Notes under the pieces: generated by a model | What the model saw: the letters and a program-made list of their open reading frames with translations, nothing else | Databases searched by the model: none | What the model was told of the DNA's origin: nothing | Part shown: positions 1-10,329 of the stretch, in pieces | How positions within the stretch are numbered: position 1 is the first letter of the stretch | Layout of the letters: every line of letters begins with the position of its first letter | Translations under genes and position numbers: made by a program | DNA from: an uncultured Clostridium sp. | GTDB lineage: Bacteria; Bacillota; Clostridia; TANB77; CAG-508 | Assembly: GCA_946487895.1 (NCBI GenBank) | Contig: CAMLUO010000001.1 | Location: 41,540 to 105,539 of the forward strand | Direction: 5' to 3' | Length of the DNA: 64,000 bases

Positions 1-61
1 TATAAGTCTCTTCTTTCAGATGCTAAATCTGTTCTAAAATTATACATACACTCATTCCTCC

Positions 62-128
62 TAAACAGGGATTCAAGGGACGGTCCTAAAAATCCCTGTT
101 TTTAGGGATTCGGGGACGGACCTTTAAA
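62..128. repeat. GGGGACGG-family repeat: one full 32-nt unit plus a partial direct copy
   Basis: The element reads cagggattcaagggacggtcctaaaaatccctg tttttagggattcggggacggacc. Confidence 0.65.
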
Positions 129-230
129 TCTAATTAATCAAAATTTTTATTTATTATTTACAAAAAGGTGAATTTTTATGTGTATTTTTTTAAATTTAAA
201 TAGTTTTCTTAGTTTTATTCACTATTTTAC

Positions 231-259
231 TTGAAAAATAATAAAATCCAATATATAAT
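231..259 (+). promoter_or_regulatory. Sigma-A-like promoter (TTGAAA, 17-nt spacer, TATAAT) upstream of the three-gene operon
   Basis: ttgaaa at 231-236, a 17-nt spacer, then tataat at 254-259. The first ORF follows with an aggagg RBS. Confidence 0.35.
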
Positions 260-290
260 TGACATAACTTAATATAAGGAGGTATATATT

Positions 291-608
291 ATGAAACTAT
301 CATTAATTAATGTATTTCAGAATGCTAGTTTTAAAAAATTAGACTGGCTGCCAGATTTGTTTTTTGGAATTGGATTTTTTGTTACTTTCTTGGCTATGTT
401 TTGGTTTCGGCCCAACTTAAACTGGCTTGCAATGTTAATGCTTCCCATATTGGTCGGCCTAGTAACAGAAGGATTATTTATGGTTATACATGGAATTTGC
501 ATCTGTTTAAAAAGCGATAACCATGAAATAAGATACCATAAATTTGATGAAGAAGATGACAAAAGTTATATATCTTCTAAATCTGATGAAAGATATAATA
601 AATTCTGA
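291..608 (+). CDS. Small membrane protein with two predicted TM helices and a charged C-terminal tail, hypothetical
   Basis: An AGGAGG RBS sits 7 nt upstream of the ATG. Two hydrophobic segments are present. It is first in the operon with the Ubl and rSAM-JAB genes. Confidence 0.4.
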   Translation: MKLSLINVFQNASFKKLDWLPDLFFGIGFFVTFLAMFWFRPNLNWLAMLMLPILVGLVTEGLFMVIHGICICLKSDNHEIRYHKFDEEDDKSYISSKSDERYNKF

Positions 609-698
609 AATTCCAAAAACAATTTGCAATAATATTGAAAGGAGGGTAGTTTTTTAGTAACAAGTAGACTCTTTTGTATTATGAAAGGATAAATTATT

Positions 699-1124
699 AT
701 GACAAAAAGAAAACTTATTAAAGTGTATGTAACTGTTGATCGGCAAAGAGCAACTCAAGTATCAATTCCAATGGATATCGATGAAGTTCAACTTAAAGCT
801 CAACTTAGAGACTTAGGGTATATTTCTTCTTATCGTAATTCCTATCTTACTACCAAAGTTTATCTTGATGATAATGGTAGTGGAAAGGAAATCTGTACTA
901 ATGAATATCGTTCATTACAAGAATTAGGAATTAAAGAAGGAAGTGGTATCATCATCGTGCCTGGAGAACCAGAGCCTAGACCTATATATAGAGATCTCTT
1001 TTCTATGAGATGCTTATATGGTTGTCCTATGGCACAAAGTGTTGAGGATGCAATCAATCAGGCTGAGAGTTATTCAGATGATGATAGTTCAGTAACAACT
1101 GGTTCTATTTCTGAACCTGATTAA
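699..1124 (+). CDS. Ubiquitin-like beta-grasp protein (YukD/EsaB-like) with an acidic, Cys-containing C-terminal extension
   Basis: Residues 5-95 alternate beta-grasp elements (KVYVTV ... VQLKAQLRDLGY ... LQELGIKEGSGIIIV). From memory this resembles the YukD/ubiquitin terminal pattern L-x-x-x-G-I-x-x-G-x-x-L-x-I. The tail ...FSMRCLYGCPMAQSVEDAINQAESYSDDDSS has two Cys. There is an RBS and no C-terminal GG. Confidence 0.5.
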   Translation: MTKRKLIKVYVTVDRQRATQVSIPMDIDEVQLKAQLRDLGYISSYRNSYLTTKVYLDDNGSGKEICTNEYRSLQELGIKEGSGIIIVPGEPEPRPIYRDLFSMRCLYGCPMAQSVEDAINQAESYSDDDSSVTTGSISEPD

Positions 1125-1140
1125 TTGAAAGGAGAACTTA

Positions 1141-2772
1141 ATGGAAAATTACTCAACTTGTAAATATCCATTGCATACTCTCTTTTTTGAAGTAACTAGC
1201 AGATGTAATGCACTTTGCGACCATTGCGGTAGTAGATGCAATGCTAGTAAAAAGGATGAATTGTCTCCTGAAACATTCAAAAAAGTACTTGATGATGTAG
1301 CTAAAAATTTTGGTACAAAAACTATTATGCTTAACATCACAGGTGGCGAACCTCTTATGAGAAAAGATTTGTTTGAAATTACTGGATATGCAGACAGTCT
1401 TGGCTTTAAATGGGGATTAGTAACTAATGGTATGTTAATAACAGATGATGTTATAAGAAAAATGAAAGAAACACACATGTCAACAATTACAATTAGTCTT
1501 GATGGAATGAAAAAGACTCATGAAGAATTTAGACATGTACCTGGTTCTTTTGATAAAATTATTTCTGCAATTGAAAAACTTAAAAAGAGTAATTTTATTG
1601 AACACATTCAGGTTACTTTCATAGCAACTAAAAATAACATTTATGAATTACCAGAGGTTTATCGCTTATTAAGTATGTTGGAAATTGACTCACTAAGAAT
1701 TAGTGGTGTTGATCCTATTGGTAGAGCCAAAGACAATGAAGATTTAATGCTAAATCAAGAAGATTATTTTTTCCTTTTTGACTTTATGAAAAAGCATTCT
1801 ACTTCCCCACTTCCTGTGGTCTGGAGTTGTACTCATTACTTTGGTAATACTGAAAGCAGTTTAGATCCTACTGGCAAGAAATTTGCCTGCTATACTGGAA
1901 TTCATATTGCATCAGTTCTTTCTAATGGCGATATTTTTGGATGTCCTAACATTCCAAGAAGAAAAGAATTGATACAAGGCAATGTTTTAAAAGATGATTT
2001 TTGTCAAGTTTGGAAAAACAATTTCGAATTCTACAGAAATCCTAATAGAACAAGAGCCAAACAGTGTGAAGATTGTGAATATTGGGATTATTGCAAAGGA
2101 GATAGTTTTCACACCTTTGATTTTGAAACTAATATTCCACAATTTTGTTACAAGGAAATTTTTTCAAGAAAAATTTATCCAGTCAATTCTGAAGATGTAA
2201 CCTATGATAGTATTATTGCATCACTAGTTCAAAAAAATGGAACAATGAAGCATTTAACTATTAGACCATCTAAATTTGAGCCACAGAAAACAGTAATATT
2301 TACACCACAAGCTACGAAGGATTTAATTAACATTTTTCATTATGGAGAATATCATCCTAGTAACTTGTATGAGCAACAGGCTGCACTAATTGGAAACAAT
2401 TTCAATGGCATTTCTTTGGTAAAATATGTCATACCAGCAATTTTATACAATAGAGCTGGAAATATGGCTACAATGGATGATTTCTGTTTAAGTCAAATTA
2501 TGGATGAGGTTTCAATTATAAATGAAAACATATCCAAATCTGACCATATTTATCAGGATTCATATGGAGATGTCAGTTTCCTTGGATTTGCACATAGTCA
2601 TCCAGGGAATACAGATTTTAGATTTAGTATCAATGATACTAAAAATCACAAAGACTTTGTGAAACGTTTTGGTGATTTTTTGTCTATTATCCTTAATCCT
2701 CAAAAGGAAAAAATTGTGTGCTTTTCAGGAACAGATTGTGTTCAGTCAAAATTAATATTGTTATCTAAATGA
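1141..2772 (+). CDS. Radical SAM / SPASM-domain enzyme fused to a C-terminal JAB/MPN+ (JAMM) metalloprotease-like domain
   Basis: The N-terminus carries CNALCDHC (CxxxCxxC) followed by GGEPL. A SPASM-type Cys cluster follows (CYTGIHIASVLSNGDIFGCP ... CEDCEYWDYCKGD). The C-terminal roughly 190 aa has E...HSHPGNTDFRFSIND, the same HSHPG as Rpn11-type JAMM but with one extra residue before S-x-x-D. Confidence 0.7.
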   Translation: MENYSTCKYPLHTLFFEVTSRCNALCDHCGSRCNASKKDELSPETFKKVLDDVAKNFGTKTIMLNITGGEPLMRKDLFEITGYADSLGFKWGLVTNGMLITDDVIRKMKETHMSTITISLDGMKKTHEEFRHVPGSFDKIISAIEKLKKSNFIEHIQVTFIATKNNIYELPEVYRLLSMLEIDSLRISGVDPIGRAKDNEDLMLNQEDYFFLFDFMKKHSTSPLPVVWSCTHYFGNTESSLDPTGKKFACYTGIHIASVLSNGDIFGCPNIPRRKELIQGNVLKDDFCQVWKNNFEFYRNPNRTRAKQCEDCEYWDYCKGDSFHTFDFETNIPQFCYKEIFSRKIYPVNSEDVTYDSIIASLVQKNGTMKHLTIRPSKFEPQKTVIFTPQATKDLINIFHYGEYHPSNLYEQQAALIGNNFNGISLVKYVIPAILYNRAGNMATMDDFCLSQIMDEVSIINENISKSDHIYQDSYGDVSFLGFAHSHPGNTDFRFSINDTKNHKDFVKRFGDFLSIILNPQKEKIVCFSGTDCVQSKLILLSK

Positions 2773-2775
2773 CTA

Positions 2776-2815
2776 CAAAATGCAGATAAGCTATAATTAT
2801 AGCTTGTCTGCATTC
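2776..2815. terminator. Bidirectional hairpin terminator between the rSAM-JAB gene and uvrA
   Basis: The sequence atgcagataagctataattatagcttgtctgcat is a perfect inverted repeat between convergent genes. Confidence 0.5.
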
Positions 2816-5734
2816 TATTTGTTTAGATATTTCTTTAAAAATTTTCCTGTATAACTTCTTTCATTATTACATATTTGCTCTGGTGTACCAACTGCAACCA
2901 CTTCTCCACCATTGTCTCCACCTTCTGGTCCTAAATCTATTATGTGGTCACATGTTTTGATTAAGTCTAAGTTGTGTTCAATTACAATTATTGTGTTTCC
3001 TGTATCTACTAATCTTTGCAAAATATCAACTAATTTATGAACATCTGCTATATGAAGTCCTGTTGTTGGTTCATCTAATATATATAATGTTTTTCCTGTT
3101 GCTTTTTTAGATAGTTCTGTTGCAAGTTTTACTCTTTGTGCTTCTCCACCTGATAATGTTGTTGATGGTTGTCCTAATTTAATATAACTTAGTCCTACAT
3201 CATATAATGTTTGAATTTTTTGTTTAATACGTGGCACTTTATCAAAAAATTCTAATGCTTCTTCTACTGTCATATCTAAAACATCTGCAATTGTTTTTCC
3301 TTTATATTTTACTTCTAATGTTTCTCTGTTATATCTTTTTCCTTTACATACTTCACATGGTACATAAATGTCCGGTAAAAAGTGCATTTCTATTTTATGA
3401 ACTCCGTCACCATTACAACTTTCACATCTTCCTCCTGCAACATTGAAACTAAATCTTCCTTTTTGATATCCTCTAACTTTTGCTTCTTCTGTTGCTGCAA
3501 AAAGGTCTCTTATAAAATCAAATACTCCTGTATATGTTGCTGGATTTGAACGTGGTGTTCTTCCTATTGGTGATTGGTCTATATTTATTATTTTATCAAT
3601 ATTATTTAATCCTTTAACTGCTTTACATTTTCCTGGTTTTTCATTTGAACCATTTAATTCTTTTGCAATTGTTTTATATAATACTTCATTTACAAGTGTT
3701 GATTTTCCTGAACCTGAAACTCCTGTTACGCAGTTAAATACTCCTAATGGAAATTTTACACTTATATTTTTCAAGTTGTTTTCTGTTGCACCTTGAACTT
3801 CAATAACTTTTGTTTTTGTATGTTTTCTTCTTTTTTTAGGTACTGGTATTTGTTTTCTACCACTTAAATATTGTCCTGTTACTGAATCCTCAACTTGTTT
3901 AACTTCTTCAGCTGTTCCGCTGTGCCATAACTTGTCCACCATGTGTTCCTGCACCTGGTCCAATATCAATTATTTGGTCTGCTGCATACATTGTGTCTTC
4001 ATCATGTTCTACAACAAGTAAAGTGTTTCCTAAGTCTCTTAACTTCTTTAATGTTGCTAATAACTTATCATTATCTCTTTGATGTAACCCTATACTTGGT
4101 TCATCTAAGATATATAATACTCCTGTCAAACCTGAACCAATTTGTGTAGCTAAACGGATTCTTTGAGCTTCTCCACCTGATAGTGTTCCTGCATTTCTTG
4201 ATAATGTTAAATATTCCAATCCAACATCCATTAAAAATTGCAATCTTTGGTCTATTTCTTTCAAAATCAGTTCTGAAATCATTGCTTCTGTTTTGTTTAG
4301 CTCTAAGTTATTTAAATATGCCTTTATTTTATCAATTGACATTTCTGTTAATTCATTTATATTTTTATCTCCTACTTTTATTGATAAAATTTCCGGTTTT
4401 AATCTTGCTCCATGACAATCATAACATTCTGAATTTGTCATATACATTTCATAAAAATCTCTCATTCCTTGAGATTTTGTCTCACTATGACGTCTATCTA
4501 ATGTTGGCAATACTCCTTCAAATGGTGCTGTAAATTTTCTTGTACCTGCATAAGATGAATATTCAAAGTCAATTTCTTCATCACCTGTACCATATAAAAT
4601 CTTTTCCATAAACCATCTAGGCAAATCTTTTATTTTTTTGCCTTTTATATCTATTCCATAATGTTTTCCTATTGCTTCAAAATACATTTTTGCCATTGTG
4701 TCGCCTTTTTTCATAGTGCTTGAACCAAATGCCTTTATACCATCATAAAGTGTTTTGTTTTTATCTGGCACAATTAAATCTTCATCCATTTTCATTAAAT
4801 ATCCTATTCCTGTACAAGTTGGACAAGCTCCAAATGGATTATTGAATGAAAACATTCTTGGTGTTAATTCTGGAAAACTAAATCCACAATCAGGACATGC
4901 ATAGTTACAACTATATAATTTGGGTTCTTTTCCTACAATATCTATTAAAACTAATTGATTTGCATGTTTTAAAGCTACTTCTACTGATTCTGTTAATCTA
5001 CTAACTATATCTGGTTTTATTACTAATCTATCAACTATAAGCTCTACATTATGCTTCTTTTTTCTATCTATTTCTATATCATCAGAAAGTTCATATACTT
5101 CTCCATCTATTCTAACTCTTACAAAACCTTCTTTTTGATATTCTTGTAACTGTTTAGTAAACTCTCCCTTTCTTCCTCTTACAACTGGTGCTAATACTTG
5201 AATTCTTGTTCCTTCTTCTAATGTCATTATATTATCAATTATCTGGTCAATTGATTGTTTTTCTATTTTTTTATGACAATTTGGACAATATGGTACTCCA
5301 ATTCTTGCATATAGAAGACGTATATAGTCATATATTTCTGTTACTGTTCCAACTGTTGAACGAGGATTTTTTGATGTAGTTTTTTGGTCAATTGAAATTG
5401 CAGGTGATAATCCATCTATTCTTTCAACATTTGGTTTTTCCATTAATCCTAAGAATTGTCTTGCATATGATGATAGGCTTTCTACATATCTTCTTTGTCC
5501 TTCTGCATATAATGTGTCAAATGCCAAACTAGATTTTCCAGAACCTGAAAGTCCTGTAATTACTACTAATTTGTCTCTTGCTATTTCTAAATCTATATTT
5601 TTTAAATTATGTTCTTTTGCACCTTTTATCACTATTTTATCATTCATTGAATCCTCCTTATTCTGCATCCATAAAATAAAAGCAGCTATAAAAATAACTG
5701 CAATTATTATACTACATAAATTCAAATAAAACAA
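2815..5734 (-). pseudogene. uvrA: Excinuclease ABC subunit A (UvrA), split into 608-aa and 384-aa ORFs by a 1-nt insertion
   Basis: The N-terminal ORF reads GLSGSGKSSLAFDTLYAEGQRRY... and the C-terminal ORF reads ...[10 protein letters not shown].... The two ORFs overlap at 3908-3969. The sense sequence is gca cag C gga aca gct. Removing C (plus-strand g at about 3919) gives ...GGQVMAQ|GTAEEV, a typical UvrA junction. Confidence 0.85.
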
Positions 5735-5752
5735 GAGTTTGGTTGGTGTTTT

Positions 5753-7423
5753 TTAAAATATTCCCACAATTTCACCATTCTCATCTATATCAATACTCTC
5801 TGCTGCAGGTATCTTTGGAAGTCCAGGCATAGTCATAATTTTGCCTGCAAGAACAACTATAAATCCTGCACCAGCTTTTAACTCAACATTTCTAACATGT
5901 ATATTATATTCATCTTTACATTCTAAGTTTTTTGCATCATCTGAAAAAGAATATTGTGTTTTAGCAATACAAACTGGGAAATTCTCATAACCTAATTTTT
6001 CTATTTTCTCAATTTCTTTTTTCGCTTCTTCTGAATATTCAACATCTTTCGCTCTATAAATCTTAGTTGCAACTTTCTGTATTTTAGATTTTATACTTTC
6101 ATCTAAATCATACATATACTTAAAATCTTCTTTTTGTTCAGTTAAATTTACTAATTTATTTGCAATGTCAGTTGCACCTTCTCCACCTTTTGCCCATCCT
6201 TCAACTAGACTTAATTCAACACCTTTTTCATTCAATTTTTGTTCTATAAACTTAATCTCTCTTTCTGTATCTTGATTATATCTATTTAGTGCAACTATAA
6301 CATTTAATCCAAATTTATTTTTTAGATTATCTATATGTCTGTATAGATTATCCATTCCTTTTTCTAGTCCTTCTAGATTTTCTTCTTGTATCTTATCTTT
6401 TTCTACTCCACCATGATATTTAATTGCTTTAATCGTTGCAACTAATACTACTGCATCTGGTTTTAATCCTGCTTTTCTACATTTAATATCTAGAAATTTC
6501 TCTGCTCCTAAATCTGCACCAAATCCTGCTTCTGTTATAACATAATCTCCTAGTTTTAAAGCCATTCTAGTTGCAATAATACTATTACATCCATGTGCTA
6601 TATTTGCAAATGGTCCACCATGCACAATTGCTGGTGTATGTTCTAAAGTTTGTACTAAGTTAGGTTTAATAGCATCTTTTAAAAGAACTGCCATTGCACC
6701 TTGTGCATTTAATTGTCTGCTATATATTGGTTCTCCTTCTTTATTATAACCAACTAAAATATTTCCAAGTCTTGTTTTCAAATCTTCTATATTTTCTGCT
6801 AAGCAAACAATTGCCATAATTTCAGATGCAACAGTTATATCAAATGAATCTCTACGTGGCACTATTTTCTTTTCTCCAGATAAACCTGTTTCAACTGCTC
6901 TTAATTGCCTATCATTTAAATCTACACATCTCTTCCATACAACTTTATCAAAACCTAATTCATTTCCAAAATAGATATGATTATCAATTAGGCTAGATAA
7001 TAGGTTATTTGCTGCTGTCATTGCATGGATATCACCTGTGAAATGTAAATTTATATCTTCCATTGGTGCTATTTGTACTTTTCCTCCACCTGTTGCTCCA
7101 CCTTTTATTCCAAAAACAGGTCCTAGTGAAGGTTCTCTTAATGCAAGTATTGATTTTTTTCCTATTTTTTGTAGTCCATCAGCGATTGCTATTGACATAG
7201 TAGTTTTTCCTTCACCTAATGGTGTTGGACTAATTGCTGTAACTAATATTAATTTTCCATCTTTTTTTTCTTTTCTTTTCTCATATACTTCATTTGAGAT
7301 TTTAGCTTTATATTTTCCGTATTGTTCTATATTGTCTTCTTCAATTCCTACTTTTTTAGCTACATCTACAATTTTTTCTAATTTTGTATTTCTCGCAATT
7401 TCAATATCTGTCATAACAATCAC
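5753..7423 (-). CDS. fhs: Formate--tetrahydrofolate ligase
   Basis: 556 aa. PTPLGEGKTT P-loop-like motif and full-length similarity to Fhs. Confidence 0.9.
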   Translation of the reverse strand: MIVMTDIEIARNTKLEKIVDVAKKVGIEEDNIEQYGKYKAKISNEVYEKRKEKKDGKLILVTAISPTPLGEGKTTMSIAIADGLQKIGKKSILALREPSLGPVFGIKGGATGGGKVQIAPMEDINLHFTGDIHAMTAANNLLSSLIDNHIYFGNELGFDKVVWKRCVDLNDRQLRAVETGLSGEKKIVPRRDSFDITVASEIMAIVCLAENIEDLKTRLGNILVGYNKEGEPIYSRQLNAQGAMAVLLKDAIKPNLVQTLEHTPAIVHGGPFANIAHGCNSIIATRMALKLGDYVITEAGFGADLGAEKFLDIKCRKAGLKPDAVVLVATIKAIKYHGGVEKDKIQEENLEGLEKGMDNLYRHIDNLKNKFGLNVIVALNRYNQDTEREIKFIEQKLNEKGVELSLVEGWAKGGEGATDIANKLVNLTEQKEDFKYMYDLDESIKSKIQKVATKIYRAKDVEYSEEAKKEIEKIEKLGYENFPVCIAKTQYSFSDDAKNLECKDEYNIHVRNVELKAGAGFIVVLAGKIMTMPGLPKIPAAESIDIDENGEIVGIF

Positions 7424-7431
7424 CCTTTCTT

Positions 7432-7872
7432 TTACGCAATTAATCCTACCACTAATCCAATTAATGCTCCTACAAATACTTGTACTGGTGTATGTCCTAA
7501 TACTTCAACTAACTTTTCTGAAACTTGAACTCCTGTTAATCCTGGTGTTTCCACTAATTTATTTAACAATGCTGCTTGCTTTCCAGCTGCTCTTCTAACA
7601 CCACATGCATCATACATTACAACAAATGCAACAATAAAAGATAGTGCAAAAAGAGGAGTTCCTACACCTTCATATTTTCCAATTAATGTCGCCAATCCTA
7701 CAACAACTGCTGAATGAGAACTTGGCATTCCTCCTGCTCCTAAAATTCTTTTAAAATTAAATTTCTTAGTTGTTACTAAGTCATATATCAATTTAAATAA
7801 TTGTATACAAAACCATAATAAAAATGGTATATATATGTATTTATTTTGTATAAAAGTCATAAAATCGTTCAT
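7432..7872 (-). CDS. Divergent PAP2 / YuiD-family membrane protein
   Basis: GGMPSSHSA and the VVMYDACGVRRAAGKQAALLN motif are characteristic of DUF212/YuiD. Confidence 0.6.
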   Translation of the reverse strand: MNDFMTFIQNKYIYIPFLLWFCIQLFKLIYDLVTTKKFNFKRILGAGGMPSSHSAVVVGLATLIGKYEGVGTPLFALSFIVAFVVMYDACGVRRAAGKQAALLNKLVETPGLTGVQVSEKLVEVLGHTPVQVFVGALIGLVVGLIA

Positions 7873-7914
7873 ACTTCTCTCCCTTTTATTCTTAATTTTC
7901 TTTAGATTGAGTTA

Positions 7915-8154
7915 TTAGTTATTTTCTGCATCAAAATTTTCTTCTTTCATATCTCCATCTTGATTAACTAAAATTGTAATTTTCTTTTCAGCCTCTTCTA
8001 AGACCTTGTTACACTCTTTTGAAAGTTTAATACCTTCTTCAAATTTTGCAACTGAGTCATCTAAACTTAAATCTCCTTTTTCTAATTCTGTTACTATTTT
8101 TTCTAATTCTGCCATTTGCTCTTCAAAATTTTTATTTTTTTCCATTCTACTCAC
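7915..8154 (-). CDS. xseB: Exodeoxyribonuclease VII small subunit
   Basis: 79-aa helical protein (FEEQMAELEKIVTELEKGDLSLDDSV) located downstream of xseA. Confidence 0.8.
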   Translation of the reverse strand: MSRMEKNKNFEEQMAELEKIVTELEKGDLSLDDSVAKFEEGIKLSKECNKVLEEAEKKITILVNQDGDMKEENFDAENN

Positions 8155-8189
8155 ATTCCTTTCCTTTTATGCTTCTATTAGGTTGGAAA

Positions 8190-8311
8190 AGAATTAAATT
8201 TTGGCAAGGAAAACGAGTTTGAAATTTATGAGGCGTACTTGTTGTACGTTGATTAAATTTCAAATGAAGTTTGACGACGCCAAAATTGTAATTATTTTTC
8301 AACCTGTCTTC
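8190..8311. repeat. About 125-bp nested-hairpin intergenic repeat, copy A, between xseA and xseB
   Basis: Near-identical to 10330-10458. An outer stem aattttggc/gccaaaatt encloses the inner palindromes tttgaaattta/taaatttcaaa and cgtac..gtacg. Confidence 0.7.
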
Positions 8312-9520
8312 CTAATCCCTGACAATTGCATTCTTCTTTCCATCAGCTAACCTTATTAATATTTCATCACCTGATTTTAGTTCTGCCACTTTTTTTACTA
8401 TTTTACCATCTTTTTCTGTAATTGAATATCCTCTTAAAAGTGTTTTTAGTGGACTATATGCATCTAGTTTTGCAGTTAATTCAACAAAGTTTGACTTTTC
8501 TTTTTCATATTTTGTTTTTATTATATTCTCTAATTTTTTTATGTATTGGTCTATTACTAAATATTGTTCTTGTATCTTTCTAGTTGGTTCTTTGAATACA
8601 CTACTTGCCATACATTTTTCATATCTCATCTGCATAAGCTCTACTTTTTTTATTAAAGATATTCTTAATCTATTTTGATATCCTAATATTTTTTGCTTTA
8701 CTTCATAAATATCTGGCACTGCAAGTTCTGCAGCAGCAGATGGTGTTGGAGCTCTTAAGTCTGCAACGAAATCTGATATTGAAAAGTCTGTTTCATGTCC
8801 TACTGCTGATATTATTGGTATTTCTGAAGCATATATTGCTCTTGCAACAATTTCTTCATTGAATGGCCATAAATCTTCTAATGAACCACCACCTCTAGCT
8901 AAAATTAGTACATCAGCTAAGTTATTTTCATTCATATATCTAATTCCATCTGCTATTTTTTCTGCTGCTCCTTCTCCTTGTACTGCTACTGGTAACAATC
9001 TAATGTATACATTTGGATTTCTTCTTGTTGAAACATTTATTATATCTCTTATAACAGAACCAGTCTGAGATGTTAATACCCCTATAACTTTTGGCATTGC
9101 TGGAATAGGTTTTTTATGTATTTCATCAAATAATCCTTCTTTTTCTAATTTTTCTTTTAATTCTTGATATTTTGCATATAAATCACCTACACCCTCTTCT
9201 TCCATGGCTTGTGCATATACTTGGTAAACTCCATCTCTTTCAAATACTGATACACTTCCTAATATAAATACCTTCATTCCATCTTTTGGTGTAAAGTTTA
9301 ATTTTTGTGCATATGATTTAAACATTATACATTTTACTAATGATTTTTCATCTTTTAGCGTAAAATACATATGTCCAGTATAATGATGTTTAAAATTAGA
9401 TATTTCTCCTTTTATTAATATATGATTTAAATATTCATCATTTGCTATTTTTTCTTTTATATATTGATTTAGATAAGATACCGTAATTGCCATATTTGCA
9501 TATTTCATTTTTTTTCTCAT
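8312..9520 (-). CDS. xseA: Exodeoxyribonuclease VII large subunit
   Basis: 402 aa. OB-fold N-terminus and ExoVII_L-like core (LARGGGSLEDLWPFNEE). Confidence 0.85.
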   Translation of the reverse strand: MRKKMKYANMAITVSYLNQYIKEKIANDEYLNHILIKGEISNFKHHYTGHMYFTLKDEKSLVKCIMFKSYAQKLNFTPKDGMKVFILGSVSVFERDGVYQVYAQAMEEEGVGDLYAKYQELKEKLEKEGLFDEIHKKPIPAMPKVIGVLTSQTGSVIRDIINVSTRRNPNVYIRLLPVAVQGEGAAEKIADGIRYMNENNLADVLILARGGGSLEDLWPFNEEIVARAIYASEIPIISAVGHETDFSISDFVADLRAPTPSAAAELAVPDIYEVKQKILGYQNRLRISLIKKVELMQMRYEKCMASSVFKEPTRKIQEQYLVIDQYIKKLENIIKTKYEKEKSNFVELTAKLDAYSPLKTLLRGYSITEKDGKIVKKVAELKSGDEILIRLADGKKNAIVRD

Positions 9521-9544
9521 TCCTTTCCCAACTTAAGACACAAT

Positions 9545-9625
9545 ACCAAGTTAGAAAAAAATTAAATTTTGGCAAGGAAAATGTTTTCATTTGCCACAGC
9601 CAAAATTGTAATTATTTTTCAATTT
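9545..9625. repeat. Truncated copy B of the hairpin repeat, with the inner hairpin deleted, downstream of nusB
   Basis: Shares aaattaaattttggcaaggaaaa...gccaaaattgtaattatttttcaa with copies A and C but lacks the central roughly 50 nt. Confidence 0.6.
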
Positions 9626-9656
9626 AACAATAGAAATATTTTTCGTTTTGTATGTT

Positions 9657-10055
9657 CTAGTTTACAATACTTGCTAATACTCCATTAACAAAGTTTTTAG
9701 ATGAATCTTCTCCATATTTCTTAGCTAGTTCTACTGCTTCATTTATAACAACTTTAAATGGTAGTTCTTTATATTGAATTTCATAAATTGCTAATTTCAA
9801 AATTGCTAAATCAATTTTTGAAATTCTATCTAATTTCCAATCTTTTTTTAGATTTTTCTCTATTTGTTCTACTATTTTTTCTTTGTTTTTTTCAATTCCA
9901 AAAACTGCATCTTTTATATATTCTTGTGCATTTTTATCTGTTATTTCATTATTTTCAATATATAAATCTACCGCTTCTTGTAAATCTTCTTGTTTTTGTA
10001 TTTCTAAGCTATATATTAGTTCAAATGCTTTTTCGCGTATTGCTGACCTGTTCAT
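9657..10055 (-). CDS. nusB: Transcription antitermination factor NusB
   Basis: 132 aa. [20 protein letters not shown]... is typical of NusB. Confidence 0.85.
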   Translation of the reverse strand: MNRSAIREKAFELIYSLEIQKQEDLQEAVDLYIENNEITDKNAQEYIKDAVFGIEKNKEKIVEQIEKNLKKDWKLDRISKIDLAILKLAIYEIQYKELPFKVVINEAVELAKKYGEDSSKNFVNGVLASIVN

Positions 10056-10078
10056 AATCTTACTTTTCCCCTTTAATT

Positions 10079-10291
10079 CTACATTTTATCTATAAAACCT
10101 TTTAATCTTGATTTTACATCTTCTTTGTTCTGTTGTACATAATTTCCAATAAAAGCACCTAATATTAATACTACAATTGCTAATATTAAGTCATGTAATC
10201 TAGTTACTAAAATTAATATTGCTACTATAATACCAATTATTGCTCCTTTGTATTGACTCCAGAAATTCTTAAAATTATCCATTTGAATCAT
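10079..10291 (-). CDS. DUF2273 small membrane protein (Asp23 locus)
   Basis: 70 aa with a single TM helix ([14 protein letters not shown]). It lies in the Asp23/AmaP neighbourhood. Confidence 0.55.
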   Translation of the reverse strand: MIQMDNFKNFWSQYKGAIIGIIVAILILVTRLHDLILAIVVLILGAFIGNYVQQNKEDVKSRLKGFIDKM

Positions 10292-10329
10292 TCCTCTCTG
10301 ATACTTCCAATTATTTTATACTTTACGCA

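Noticed and set aside
7038-7598. 186-aa plus-strand ORF antisense to fhs. Similar long antisense ORFs occur at 14387..14872, 32405..32911, 50375..50878, 51940..52590 and 10531..11052.
   Set aside because: Each lies entirely inside a well-supported gene on the opposite strand. Their composition is low-complexity S/F/L/I-rich, typical of antisense frames in AT-rich DNA.
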